Shown: positions 17,687 to 25,588 of the stretch, in pieces
Position numbering within the stretch: the first letter of the stretch is position 1
How the letters are laid out: the number at the start of each line of letters is the position of its first letter
Source: a virus
Lineage: Duplodnaviria > Caudoviricetes
Virus record (IMG/VR): IMGVR_UViG_3300021957_003083
Coordinates: 1-34,266 of that record
Length of the DNA: 34,266 nt
Strand: one strand, 5' to 3'
Translations under genes and position numbers: made by a program
Notes under the pieces: generated by a model
What the model was told of the DNA's origin: nothing
What the model saw: the letters and a program-made list of their open reading frames with translations, nothing else
Databases searched by the model: none

Positions 17687-18080
17687 CGGATCGTTTGATG
17701 TACTACACTCAGGTCACCTTGACATGCTTGAATATGCTTCTTCTTTGGGTAATCATCTTCTAGTTGCTATTGACACAGACACACGTATTGAGTATAACAA
17801 GGGGGAAGGAAGACCATTTAACCCATTGTCAATTCGTAAACGTCTTATGCTATCTCTTAAGCCTGTTAGTAATGTTGCCGTGTTCAACACTGACCAAGAG
17901 CTAATAGAAATTATAAGAAGATTTGAACCTGACATTATGGTTAAGGGGTCAGATTGGAAGGGGAAGCCAATCATTGGGGAGGAGTACTGTAAGAAAGTAA
18001 TCTTCTATGAGAGAACCAATGGTCAATCAACGACAAAAACCATTCAAGATTTTATTGATAGGCGACAGCTGCTACGATGA
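17667..18080 (+). CDS. Heptose-1-phosphate nucleotidyltransferase (HldE/RfaE domain II, HldC-like)
   Basis: FVNGSFDVLHSGH (HxGH), KGEGRPFN, PDIMVKGSDW, GQSTT. Confidence 0.9.
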   Translation: MKKVFVNGSFDVLHSGHLDMLEYASSLGNHLLVAIDTDTRIEYNKGEGRPFNPLSIRKRLMLSLKPVSNVAVFNTDQELIEIIRRFEPDIMVKGSDWKGKPIIGEEYCKKVIFYERTNGQSTTKTIQDFIDRRQLLR

Positions 18081-18774
18081 TTATCACTACGGTAGTATCA
18101 ATAGAATAAGCCCAGAAGCCCCTGTTCCTGTCTTAGATATGGATAGGGTTGTCACAAAGAAGGGCATGGCATTTAACGTCTTCAATAACGTACTTGCTCT
18201 TGGTGCTGAAGCTCACATTGTAACAGAGTTTAGTGAGAGAAAACACAGATACCTAGACAGTAAGACTGGTCAGCAACTCCTTAGAGTAGACGAAAAGATC
18301 TCTAAACAAATTGTTGATGCCGCAGATAAAGACTTTAGCGAGTACGATGTAGTCATTGTGTCTGACTATAACAAGGGTTTCTTTAACGAAGATGACATCA
18401 CTGAGATTATAAGCAAGTACAGTGGTCCTATCTTTGTTGATACTAAGAAGAAAGATCTATCTATCTTTGATGGATGTTTTGTTAAGATTAACCAGTATGA
18501 GTACGAAGCCTCTGACAGGCTGACAGAAGACCTCATAGTTACTTACGGCTCAAAGAAAGTCGAGTATAATAACAAGACCTACACTCCACCTAAAGTGGAA
18601 GCCTTCGATGTGTGTGGGGCTGGTGATACATTCCTAGCTGCTCTTGCCTATAAGTACTGTGAAGAATATAATATGGATGAAGCAATAAAGTTTGCAATGG
18701 TTGCTGCTTCAATCACAGTACAGCACATAGGTGTATATGCACCCACACTAGAGGAAATAAACAATGCGGCTTGA
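18019..18774 (+). CDS. Heptose-7-phosphate kinase (HldE/RfaE domain I, PfkB family, HldA-like)
   Basis: ILLIGDSCYDDY, RISPEAPVPV, VSDYNKG, DVCGAGDTFLA. The start could be 18007 or 18019. Confidence 0.9.
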   Translation: MVNQRQKPFKILLIGDSCYDDYHYGSINRISPEAPVPVLDMDRVVTKKGMAFNVFNNVLALGAEAHIVTEFSERKHRYLDSKTGQQLLRVDEKISKQIVDAADKDFSEYDVVIVSDYNKGFFNEDDITEIISKYSGPIFVDTKKKDLSIFDGCFVKINQYEYEASDRLTEDLIVTYGSKKVEYNNKTYTPPKVEAFDVCGAGDTFLAALAYKYCEEYNMDEAIKFAMVAASITVQHIGVYAPTLEEINNAA

Positions 18775-19120
18775 GGGTGTAGTAGAAAAGGGTTGGGGAT
18801 CAGAGCTTATCTGGGTTACTAATGATAAGTACTGTGGTAAGTTCATGAACTTTAAGCAGGGTGCTAAGTTCTCAATGCACTTTCACAGAGAAAAGGATGA
18901 AACATGGTTTGTCCTAACTGGTAAGTTTTTAGTAACTTGGATTGATACTGAGAATGCTAGTGAGCACGTAGAAGAGCTTAAAGAGGGTGACACTTGGCAT
19001 AACCCTCCTCTTGTTCCCCACCGTATTACCTGTCTAGTAGAGGGTACTATAGTGGAGGTATCTACCCCAGACTCTGTTGAGGATAACTACCGTGTAGCCA
19101 AGGGCGACAGCCAAAAATGA
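18764..19120 (+). CDS. Cupin-fold sugar(-phosphate) isomerase-like protein
   Basis: VEKGWGSE, SMHFHREKDETW, PLVPHRI, EVSTPDSVEDNYR resemble type II PMI C-terminal / D-lyxose isomerase cupins. Confidence 0.75.
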   Translation: MRLEGVVEKGWGSELIWVTNDKYCGKFMNFKQGAKFSMHFHREKDETWFVLTGKFLVTWIDTENASEHVEELKEGDTWHNPPLVPHRITCLVEGTIVEVSTPDSVEDNYRVAKGDSQK

Positions 19121-19887
19121 AGATCCTAGTTACGGGTGCTAGTGGGTTCATTGGTCAGAACATGGTCAGTGGACTCAGGGAAGAACACGAAGTCATACCC
19201 CACGAATGGGGTCAGACGATCTCTAAGGTAAACGAGGTAGACTGGGTTATTCACTTAGGTGCTATAAGTTCTACTGTAGAGCAGAATGTAGCTAAGATTT
19301 ATAAACAAAACCTAGACTTCTCTATTAATCTCTATGAGGAGTGTATAAAGAATAAAGTAAACTTTCAGTTTGCTAGTAGTGCGTCAGTGTACGGGTTGAA
19401 GTCATCCTTTGAGGAAAATGCTCCCCTTAACCCTCAGAACCACTACGCTCGTAGTAAAGCAATGTTTGAGAAATATATTGAGTTGAGGAAGGCTCCTATT
19501 ATCACTCAGGCGTTTCGGTACTTTAACGTGTATGGGCCACACGAAGACCACAAAGGCGGTCAGGCAAGCCCTCATACTCAGTTCACTAAACAGGCTAAGG
19601 AGTCCGGTGTCATTAAACTCTTTGAAGGATCAGAGAGTTATAAACGGGACTTCATTCACGTGGATCAAGTTGTAGATTACCACAAGAGATTCTTTAATGT
19701 TGAAGAGTCAGGTGTCTGGAACATTGGAACAGGTGTAGCCAAAAGTTTCTATGATGTAGCAAAAGAAATAGCAGACGAACACGGTGCTACAATAAGCTAC
19801 ATTCAGATGCCTGAAGTTCTAAAAGGCAACTACCAGAAATTTACACAAGCAAGTATGAAAAAAACACAAAGCACTTTACTGCACTAA
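19117..19887 (+). CDS. hldD: ADP-L-glycero-D-manno-heptose 6-epimerase-like extended SDR
   Basis: ILVTGASGFIG, HLGAISSTVE, ASSASVYG, YARSK (YxxxK), RYFNVYGPHEDHKG, RDFIHV, YQKFTQA. Confidence 0.85.
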   Translation: MKILVTGASGFIGQNMVSGLREEHEVIPHEWGQTISKVNEVDWVIHLGAISSTVEQNVAKIYKQNLDFSINLYEECIKNKVNFQFASSASVYGLKSSFEENAPLNPQNHYARSKAMFEKYIELRKAPIITQAFRYFNVYGPHEDHKGGQASPHTQFTKQAKESGVIKLFEGSESYKRDFIHVDQVVDYHKRFFNVEESGVWNIGTGVAKSFYDVAKEIADEHGATISYIQMPEVLKGNYQKFTQASMKKTQSTLLH

Positions 19888-19921
19888 GTATAAGTGTTTT
19901 ACAGACCAAGGTGAGAATAGT

Positions 19922-22900
19922 ATGGCTACTGCTGCAGAAATTGAAATCAAAAAACTTGCGGATTTGTACTACGCAGCACAAGCTACAGGTGTCAGTACAG
20001 CTGTATTAGATGCGCAAAGGAATAAAGTATTTGAACTCACAGGAAGAGATAATACTGCAAAACTAGGCAGTACGGAAATTAAAGATGACTATATGGCAGG
20101 CTCACAGCTTATTGCTGAGTATGGTTACTCTTCAGGTGCAGCTGGGACTGGCTTTTATGATGGTGGAACCTTAGGTACAACACCCGATGACCCTGGTCTA
20201 AAGATACATTTTGAGGCTGTAGACAGAGCCTTGAATGAGTACGGGTATCTCAACTCCACAGAAGAAAACATGAAAGAGTATGCAGGTAAGATTAATCCTG
20301 AAACTGGTGAAGAATATAAGTTCATGACCAATGATAATGTTGCAGCTGCTGCATTAATTCAACAAGGTCTAATGGATCAAGGGCTTTCAACGTCTGACAC
20401 TGTGGCATCAACTCCAAGTAGTACGCCAGAATGGCAAGAATTAGCCAGTACAAAAGCAGCTGAAACATATGACGATACTGAAAAAAGAATTAGTGATTAC
20501 CTTGGAGGCACCCCTGTCCTTGAGAACGCATTACAGTGGGCATTTCATAAAAAGAAAGAAATAAAAGTAGATCCAACACCTACACCTACACCTACACCTA
20601 CAGCCACAGTAACAGGTTCTAATTCTACTCCTGCAGGGTCAGGTCAAATTACGGGAGGTGATACAGGATCAATAAACCAAACTCCTCTTGTGAGTACACC
20701 TAACATTGGTGTTGTCACACCTACCTACGGTGCTGGTCAGACAGGCACCAGTGAGACACCTATTCCAACCTATGAAGCTGGCCTAAAGAAACAAGCCACT
20801 CAGTTTGATAATAGAGCTACATGCCAAGCAACCTTCTACCAACCTCAGACGCAAGCTGAAAAGGAAGCTGCAGGAACAGCACCAGCCTTTGAAAATGTAC
20901 TGTACCGTAACAGATTTGGTATGAGCATGTATGTGCAGCACATCAATGGTATACCTTCTCAGCCGATCCCACCAGGATACTTTAAGGTACAGCAGTTCAC
21001 TACACAGGACCAGACACAAGCTTCTGCTGCAGGTGCTCAAGGCCAGAACCAAGGTGGTATGATCCAAGGCTTTATGGGTGGTGGTGTAATATCTCCCATT
21101 AACGATGATGGTAAGAATAAGTTTAGAATATTCTATCCGAATGGAACTTACTCTTCAACATTTTATAGTACAGAAGCACAAGCCCAAGCAAAGATAGATG
21201 CAGACAATCAAGCCGCTAATTGGAATCCCTCAGGTAATTCTGCCTCAGGTAATTCTGCCTCAGGTAATTCTGCTGTAGATTATAGTGTGTATGCTGGCGC
21301 TACGGTAAACCCCGCCCTAAACTACAAACCGGGTGGCCAGGTTGTTACCCAAGCTGATGGAACGTTTGCTCTCCAATACCCAGACGGTACTTTCTCACAA
21401 GGTTACACCTCTGCAGAAGAGGCTCAACAGGCTGATAACCTTGGTAAGGCTAGTATCGGTATTCAGAGTTTTGATCAGTACAGTCAAGCTCAAGGGTTTA
21501 ATAAAGACTTAGCAGGGTATGACCAAACATCTGTACAGAATATGTACAACACCTACGTAACGGATACCTACTCTTCACAGCTGGCAGAACAGGCTGCAGC
21601 TAATGCTCCACCCCCAGAGGCGACAGTAAACCAAGACTTCATTTCAGGGGAGCAAACAGTAACTGAAGACGACTTAGCACAACAGCAAAGAAACTTAGCT
21701 GCTCAAGCCTACGTGGCACCTGGTGGTGCTGTTGCTGCAGCTCCTACGTCTTACATTGACCCTAATGTATATGGTTCTGTTGTCGAGTCTACTGCAGGTC
21801 AGGCTCAGGCTACCGCACCTATGGTTGAGTCTGATCAAGTAGCTCAGATTAGTGCAGCTACTACGGCAGACACGCCACAGAAGATTGGTGCTTCACAAGT
21901 AACACCTAACTACGCATTCTCTGATGTGCAGAACGCTACAACAGGAATGACTGCTGCACAAAGCACTGGTCCTACCCAGACTATTGATGCAGCACAGCAG
22001 ACAGGTACATCCCTTTCTGGTCTCACATCAGCTACTGGTACTTCAACTGATGTTGTGGCACCTGACGCCAGAACCATGCAGGTAGGAGAGACTGTAACAG
22101 GAACAGGAGTAGATCAGGCACAAGTAGGACAAGCATTTGGTACTGGTGAAGTACAGGCTGCGTCTATTCAAGGTGAACTTGCTAACCTTATGCAACAGTT
22201 TGAAGGTGGTGAAACACCAGCTTGGGCTGCTGGATCTATGCGGAATGCTACCGCAATGCTTGCCGCTCGTGGTCTAGGTGCTTCCTCTATGGCTGGTCAG
22301 GCAGTAATACAAGCTGCTATGGAAGCTGCTCTTCCTATTGCTCAAATTGATACAGCTAACAAACAACAGGTTGCCCTCTTCAAAGCAGAGCAAAGAGCTA
22401 AGTTCTTGCAGATGGACTTTGACCAAGCATTCCAAGCTAAGGTTATGAATGCCGCTAAAGTATCTGAGATTGCTAACATGAACTTCACTGCTGAACAGCA
22501 GATTGCTTTGGAAAACTCTAGGGCTGCTAATACTATGCAGTTACAGAACCTAAGCAACTCTCAGGCGTTGGTTATGGCAGAGGCTGCTGCCTTGTCTCAA
22601 ATTGACACACAGAACCTGAACAACAGACAACAAGCTAACGTTCAGAATGCTCAGAACTTCTTGCAGGTAGACATGACTAACCTAGCTAACTCACAGCAGA
22701 CTGCCTTATTTAAGCAACAGTCCTTAGTGAATAGCTTGCTCACAGATCAGGCTGCTGCTAATGCTGCGTTACAGTTCAATGCTAGTTCTGAGAACCAGAC
22801 CAATCAGTTCTTTGCTAATCTCTCCTCCTCTATTGGACAGTTTAATGCTGCCCAAATGAATGCCATGAAGCAGTTTAATGCTGGTGAAGTTAACTCACTC

Positions 22901-23266
22901 CTTGAGTTCAATGCAAACATTCAGAACCAAAGAGAGATGTTTAATGCCCAGAACTATCTTGTAGTTGCGCAGGCTAATGCTCAGTGGAGACAGAACATAG
23001 CTACACTCAATACTGCTGCTGCAAACGAGTCAAATATGGACTATGCAAAGACAGTGAATGGTCTTACAATGGCGGCTCTAGACCAAGTCTGGCAGAGGGA
23101 AAGAGATATTATGGACTACGGTTTCACAGGTGGTGAGAACCAAGCCGACAGGGCTTTGTCTCTACTACTGGGGGACATGCAGTTGGATGCCGTAAGGGAA
23201 CAAATTGATGCTGAAGAGGACTCCGCAATGGGTGCCCTTCTAACTAAAATATTCTTTAAAGTATAG
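19922..23266 (+). CDS. Large internal virion / ejection protein (putative)
   Basis: 1114 aa. Low-complexity T/S/G/Q N-terminal and middle parts, and a long A/Q/N-rich helical C-terminal third starting near PAWAAGSMRNA. Confidence 0.6.
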   Translation: MATAAEIEIKKLADLYYAAQATGVSTAVLDAQRNKVFELTGRDNTAKLGSTEIKDDYMAGSQLIAEYGYSSGAAGTGFYDGGTLGTTPDDPGLKIHFEAVDRALNEYGYLNSTEENMKEYAGKINPETGEEYKFMTNDNVAAAALIQQGLMDQGLSTSDTVASTPSSTPEWQELASTKAAETYDDTEKRISDYLGGTPVLENALQWAFHKKKEIKVDPTPTPTPTPTATVTGSNSTPAGSGQITGGDTGSINQTPLVSTPNIGVVTPTYGAGQTGTSETPIPTYEAGLKKQATQFDNRATCQATFYQPQTQAEKEAAGTAPAFENVLYRNRFGMSMYVQHINGIPSQPIPPGYFKVQQFTTQDQTQASAAGAQGQNQGGMIQGFMGGGVISPINDDGKNKFRIFYPNGTYSSTFYSTEAQAQAKIDADNQAANWNPSGNSASGNSASGNSAVDYSVYAGATVNPALNYKPGGQVVTQADGTFALQYPDGTFSQGYTSAEEAQQADNLGKASIGIQSFDQYSQAQGFNKDLAGYDQTSVQNMYNTYVTDTYSSQLAEQAAANAPPPEATVNQDFISGEQTVTEDDLAQQQRNLAAQAYVAPGGAVAAAPTSYIDPNVYGSVVESTAGQAQATAPMVESDQVAQISAATTADTPQKIGASQVTPNYAFSDVQNATTGMTAAQSTGPTQTIDAAQQTGTSLSGLTSATGTSTDVVAPDARTMQVGETVTGTGVDQAQVGQAFGTGEVQAASIQGELANLMQQFEGGETPAWAAGSMRNATAMLAARGLGASSMAGQAVIQAAMEAALPIAQIDTANKQQVALFKAEQRAKFLQMDFDQAFQAKVMNAAKVSEIANMNFTAEQQIALENSRAANTMQLQNLSNSQALVMAEAAALSQIDTQNLNNRQQANVQNAQNFLQVDMTNLANSQQTALFKQQSLVNSLLTDQAAANAALQFNASSENQTNQFFANLSSSIGQFNAAQMNAMKQFNAGEVNSLLEFNANIQNQREMFNAQNYLVVAQANAQWRQNIATLNTAAANESNMDYAKTVNGLTMAALDQVWQRERDIMDYGFTGGENQADRALSLLLGDMQLDAVREQIDAEEDSAMGALLTKIFFKV
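20573..20602 (+). repeat. CCTACA hexamer repeat encoding (PT)5 linker
   Basis: CCAACA followed by (CCTACA)4. Confidence 0.9.
21229..21273 (+). repeat. Perfect 15 bp x3 tandem repeat encoding (SGNSA)3
   Basis: CTCAGGTAATTCTGC at 21229, 21244 and 21259. Confidence 0.95.
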
Positions 23267-23274
23267 GGAAAACT

Positions 23275-24102
23275 ATGTATAGAAACCCTCAGGAAACAGC
23301 AGAGTCTGTACGTGCATCCCAAAGGATGGCAGGTAAGAGAAGTAAGTATGCCACTGGAAGTGGTAAGCAACAGGCTAAAAAGGCTTTAGGTAGTATTGAT
23401 TCCTCTCTCATTAGGAAATCAAAAGAAGAGAGTACTCCACAGTCCCCTCTAGACAGTGTTAATGAGTACCGTATTGCGATGCTGGATAACAGAGAGAGTA
23501 TGGTTGATGCCGTAACTTTATCTCTATCTGATACACCTTCCGTATCTGGGGATACTCCTGATCTTCCTCCTCTAACAGAAAGACTATACGGTAAAAAGGG
23601 AACAGGAAATAATAAAGTAGTAAGTCACTCTTACTACAATGACCCCCTTGAGATAGAAGGCTTTACACGTAGTGCTGGTGGTGCACCTAAGGTAGAACAA
23701 GAAAAGGCTATTCGGACAATAATTGAGACAGGAAGAAGTTTGGATGCCTCAGACGAAGAGATAGCCTATGCACTTGCTACCGCAAGAACTGAGTCTGGTT
23801 TTAATATCTACGCAGCTGCTAGGTCAAGTAGTGCTTACGGATTAGGTCAATTTCTAGATGGAACTGGAAAGGCGTATGGACTAAATCAAGAAAATAGAGA
23901 TGATATCCAAATGCAGGCTCAGGCCTTAATTGAGTTCACGCAGTATAACTTTGACCTTGCTAAAAAAAGAGGTAAAGGTTTAGAATACGTTTACAAGTAT
24001 CATCACGATGGCCCTTCAGAAAACTCAGGTGGTTTAGCTCTATCTAAGAAAAACGTAATGCCATATTTGGATGACTTTAGAAAAATCGTGGAGAACTTCT
24101 AG
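23275..24102 (+). CDS. Virion-associated lytic transglycosylase (SLT / lysozyme-like domain)
   Basis: C-terminal ARTESGFN (catalytic ES) and SSAYGLGQF (A.GL.Q motif). Lies among internal virion genes. Confidence 0.78.
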   Translation: MYRNPQETAESVRASQRMAGKRSKYATGSGKQQAKKALGSIDSSLIRKSKEESTPQSPLDSVNEYRIAMLDNRESMVDAVTLSLSDTPSVSGDTPDLPPLTERLYGKKGTGNNKVVSHSYYNDPLEIEGFTRSAGGAPKVEQEKAIRTIIETGRSLDASDEEIAYALATARTESGFNIYAAARSSSAYGLGQFLDGTGKAYGLNQENRDDIQMQAQALIEFTQYNFDLAKKRGKGLEYVYKYHHDGPSENSGGLALSKKNVMPYLDDFRKIVENF

Positions 24103-24104
24103 TG

Positions 24105-24635
24105 ATGAAACCTAACTCAAAGATGTTTGAACGGCCAATCCCAGGGCAGTCTCTTACTACTGAACCCAAGAACAGACCGTATGATAACCCACCTGAGATC
24201 AGTGATCCAGAAGAAGCACTGCAACTTCACCTCACTCGTCTTAATGAGGTAGAGAGACTTGATGCTGTTATGCTCCTTCTCCAGAAGGGTGTTGATGTAC
24301 GGGCTACAACAGAAGGCCTTCTCCGTAGTGCTGTTGCAGGTGGGATACACTCTGTTGATGTCAGCCTTACTATTGCCCCTACAATCCACGAGTACATCTC
24401 TGGTGTAGCAGATGAGGTTGGTGTTGAATACAAGACTGGCTTTGAGAAGGATGAACAAGAAGAGGACAAAGAAGAGATGTCCTTAGTCAGAAGTATTTTG
24501 AGTAAGTCAGAAGGTAAGACTTCCAGAGAGCCTATGTCAGTAGAAGAACCTATGGAAGAAGAGCCTGAAGTAGAACAAATGGAAATGGACCTTGGTGCTG
24601 AAGAGGCACCTAAAGGTCTAATGGCGAGGATGTAA
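24105..24635 (+). CDS. Hypothetical virion protein
   Basis: About 176 aa with FERPIPGQSLT..P...P.DNPP N-terminus and acidic C-terminus. Exact start uncertain (24102, 24105 or 24123). Confidence 0.6.
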   Translation: MKPNSKMFERPIPGQSLTTEPKNRPYDNPPEISDPEEALQLHLTRLNEVERLDAVMLLLQKGVDVRATTEGLLRSAVAGGIHSVDVSLTIAPTIHEYISGVADEVGVEYKTGFEKDEQEEDKEEMSLVRSILSKSEGKTSREPMSVEEPMEEEPEVEQMEMDLGAEEAPKGLMARM

Positions 24636-24637
24636 GC

Positions 24638-25588
24638 ATGGGTTTCTTAGCAGGCGTAGTAGGTGAGCTTAATCGCAGAGAAGACAAAGCTGAACGTAGA
24701 GAAGAGTTTATGATGAACCTCCTTGAGAAGAGGAAGGCTGCTATTCTTCCTCAGATCATGGAACGTATTGAGAAAAGAAAAGAAGGATCTAAGGCAAGGG
24801 CTGCAAGAGTATCTGCTGCTGTAGGCTTTGGTATGACTAAAGAAGCTGCTGCAGTTCTTGAGTCATCTGGTAACTTAACAAATTTGCTGACTAGACTAAA
24901 TACTTTGGATGAAAACCCTGAGAAAACTATTAGCAGAGCTGGTATTGAAAGGCTGAGTGAAGCTGTTGTAGCAAACTTAAAGCCTGAGAAGGTTGCATCT
25001 GCTATGTCGTATGCTTTTGATATGGGATACGCAGAGGAGCCTACCTCTGACAAGCTTATTGAGGCAATATATGCTAATACCAGTGAAGAATTTTCAACTG
25101 CGTTGACACCCCTTATGAGTGCAGCTTCTCAAGGTGGTCCAGAATCACCTAGCATTAGTAGGTTTAGTGTGAACCCAATGTCCCTCACCTCTATGAATAC
25201 TGAGAAAACAGCCAAGGTTCGTAAGCAGATTGAAAATTCCTTACTCAGTCAACTTGGGGGTGAATACAACAGAGATACTGGTAATGTGAAATGGGAAAAC
25301 CCTGATGCTGCAGGAGAGATTGTACAAAATGCTGTAGAGTACTTTAAGGTGCAACTAAGTGATCCCCTAAACCAAAAAGATGAGAGTGATATATACTCTG
25401 AGATATTTGATAAGGTTAACTTGCTCACAGGTTATAAAGACTTGAGAGATATTGCTACAAATTATCCAACCTTTGAGTTTACTCCCCCTACTACCCCTCC
25501 TCCAGGAGGTTCTAATAACGGTGACGATCTAAACCCAGCTCCAATTACCTCTGCGACAGAAGACCTCTTTGATGAGGCTGAACAATAA
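24638..25588 (+). CDS. Putative internal virion protein
   Basis: 316 aa helical ORF beginning MGFLAGVVG, coupled to the next gene by TAATG. Confidence 0.55.
   Translation: MGFLAGVVGELNRREDKAERREEFMMNLLEKRKAAILPQIMERIEKRKEGSKARAARVSAAVGFGMTKEAAAVLESSGNLTNLLTRLNTLDENPEKTISRAGIERLSEAVVANLKPEKVASAMSYAFDMGYAEEPTSDKLIEAIYANTSEEFSTALTPLMSAASQGGPESPSISRFSVNPMSLTSMNTEKTAKVRKQIENSLLSQLGGEYNRDTGNVKWENPDAAGEIVQNAVEYFKVQLSDPLNQKDESDIYSEIFDKVNLLTGYKDLRDIATNYPTFEFTPPTTPPPGGSNNGDDLNPAPITSATEDLFDEAEQ

Noticed and set aside
14350-19887. Host chromosomal LPS locus or chimeric assembly
   Set aside because: Both flanks are phage structural genes with short gaps, the sequence style looks similar by eye, and the enzymes are compact variants. 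Read mapping would be needed to exclude chimerism fully.
19862-19900. Possible promoter or hairpin before the 1114 aa gene (TATAAGT at 19889)
   Set aside because: There is no convincing -35 box at the right spacing and only an imperfect inverted repeat.
21229-21273. Possible CRISPR-like or regulatory repeat
   Set aside because: The units are contiguous with no spacers, in frame within a CDS, and there are no cas genes.
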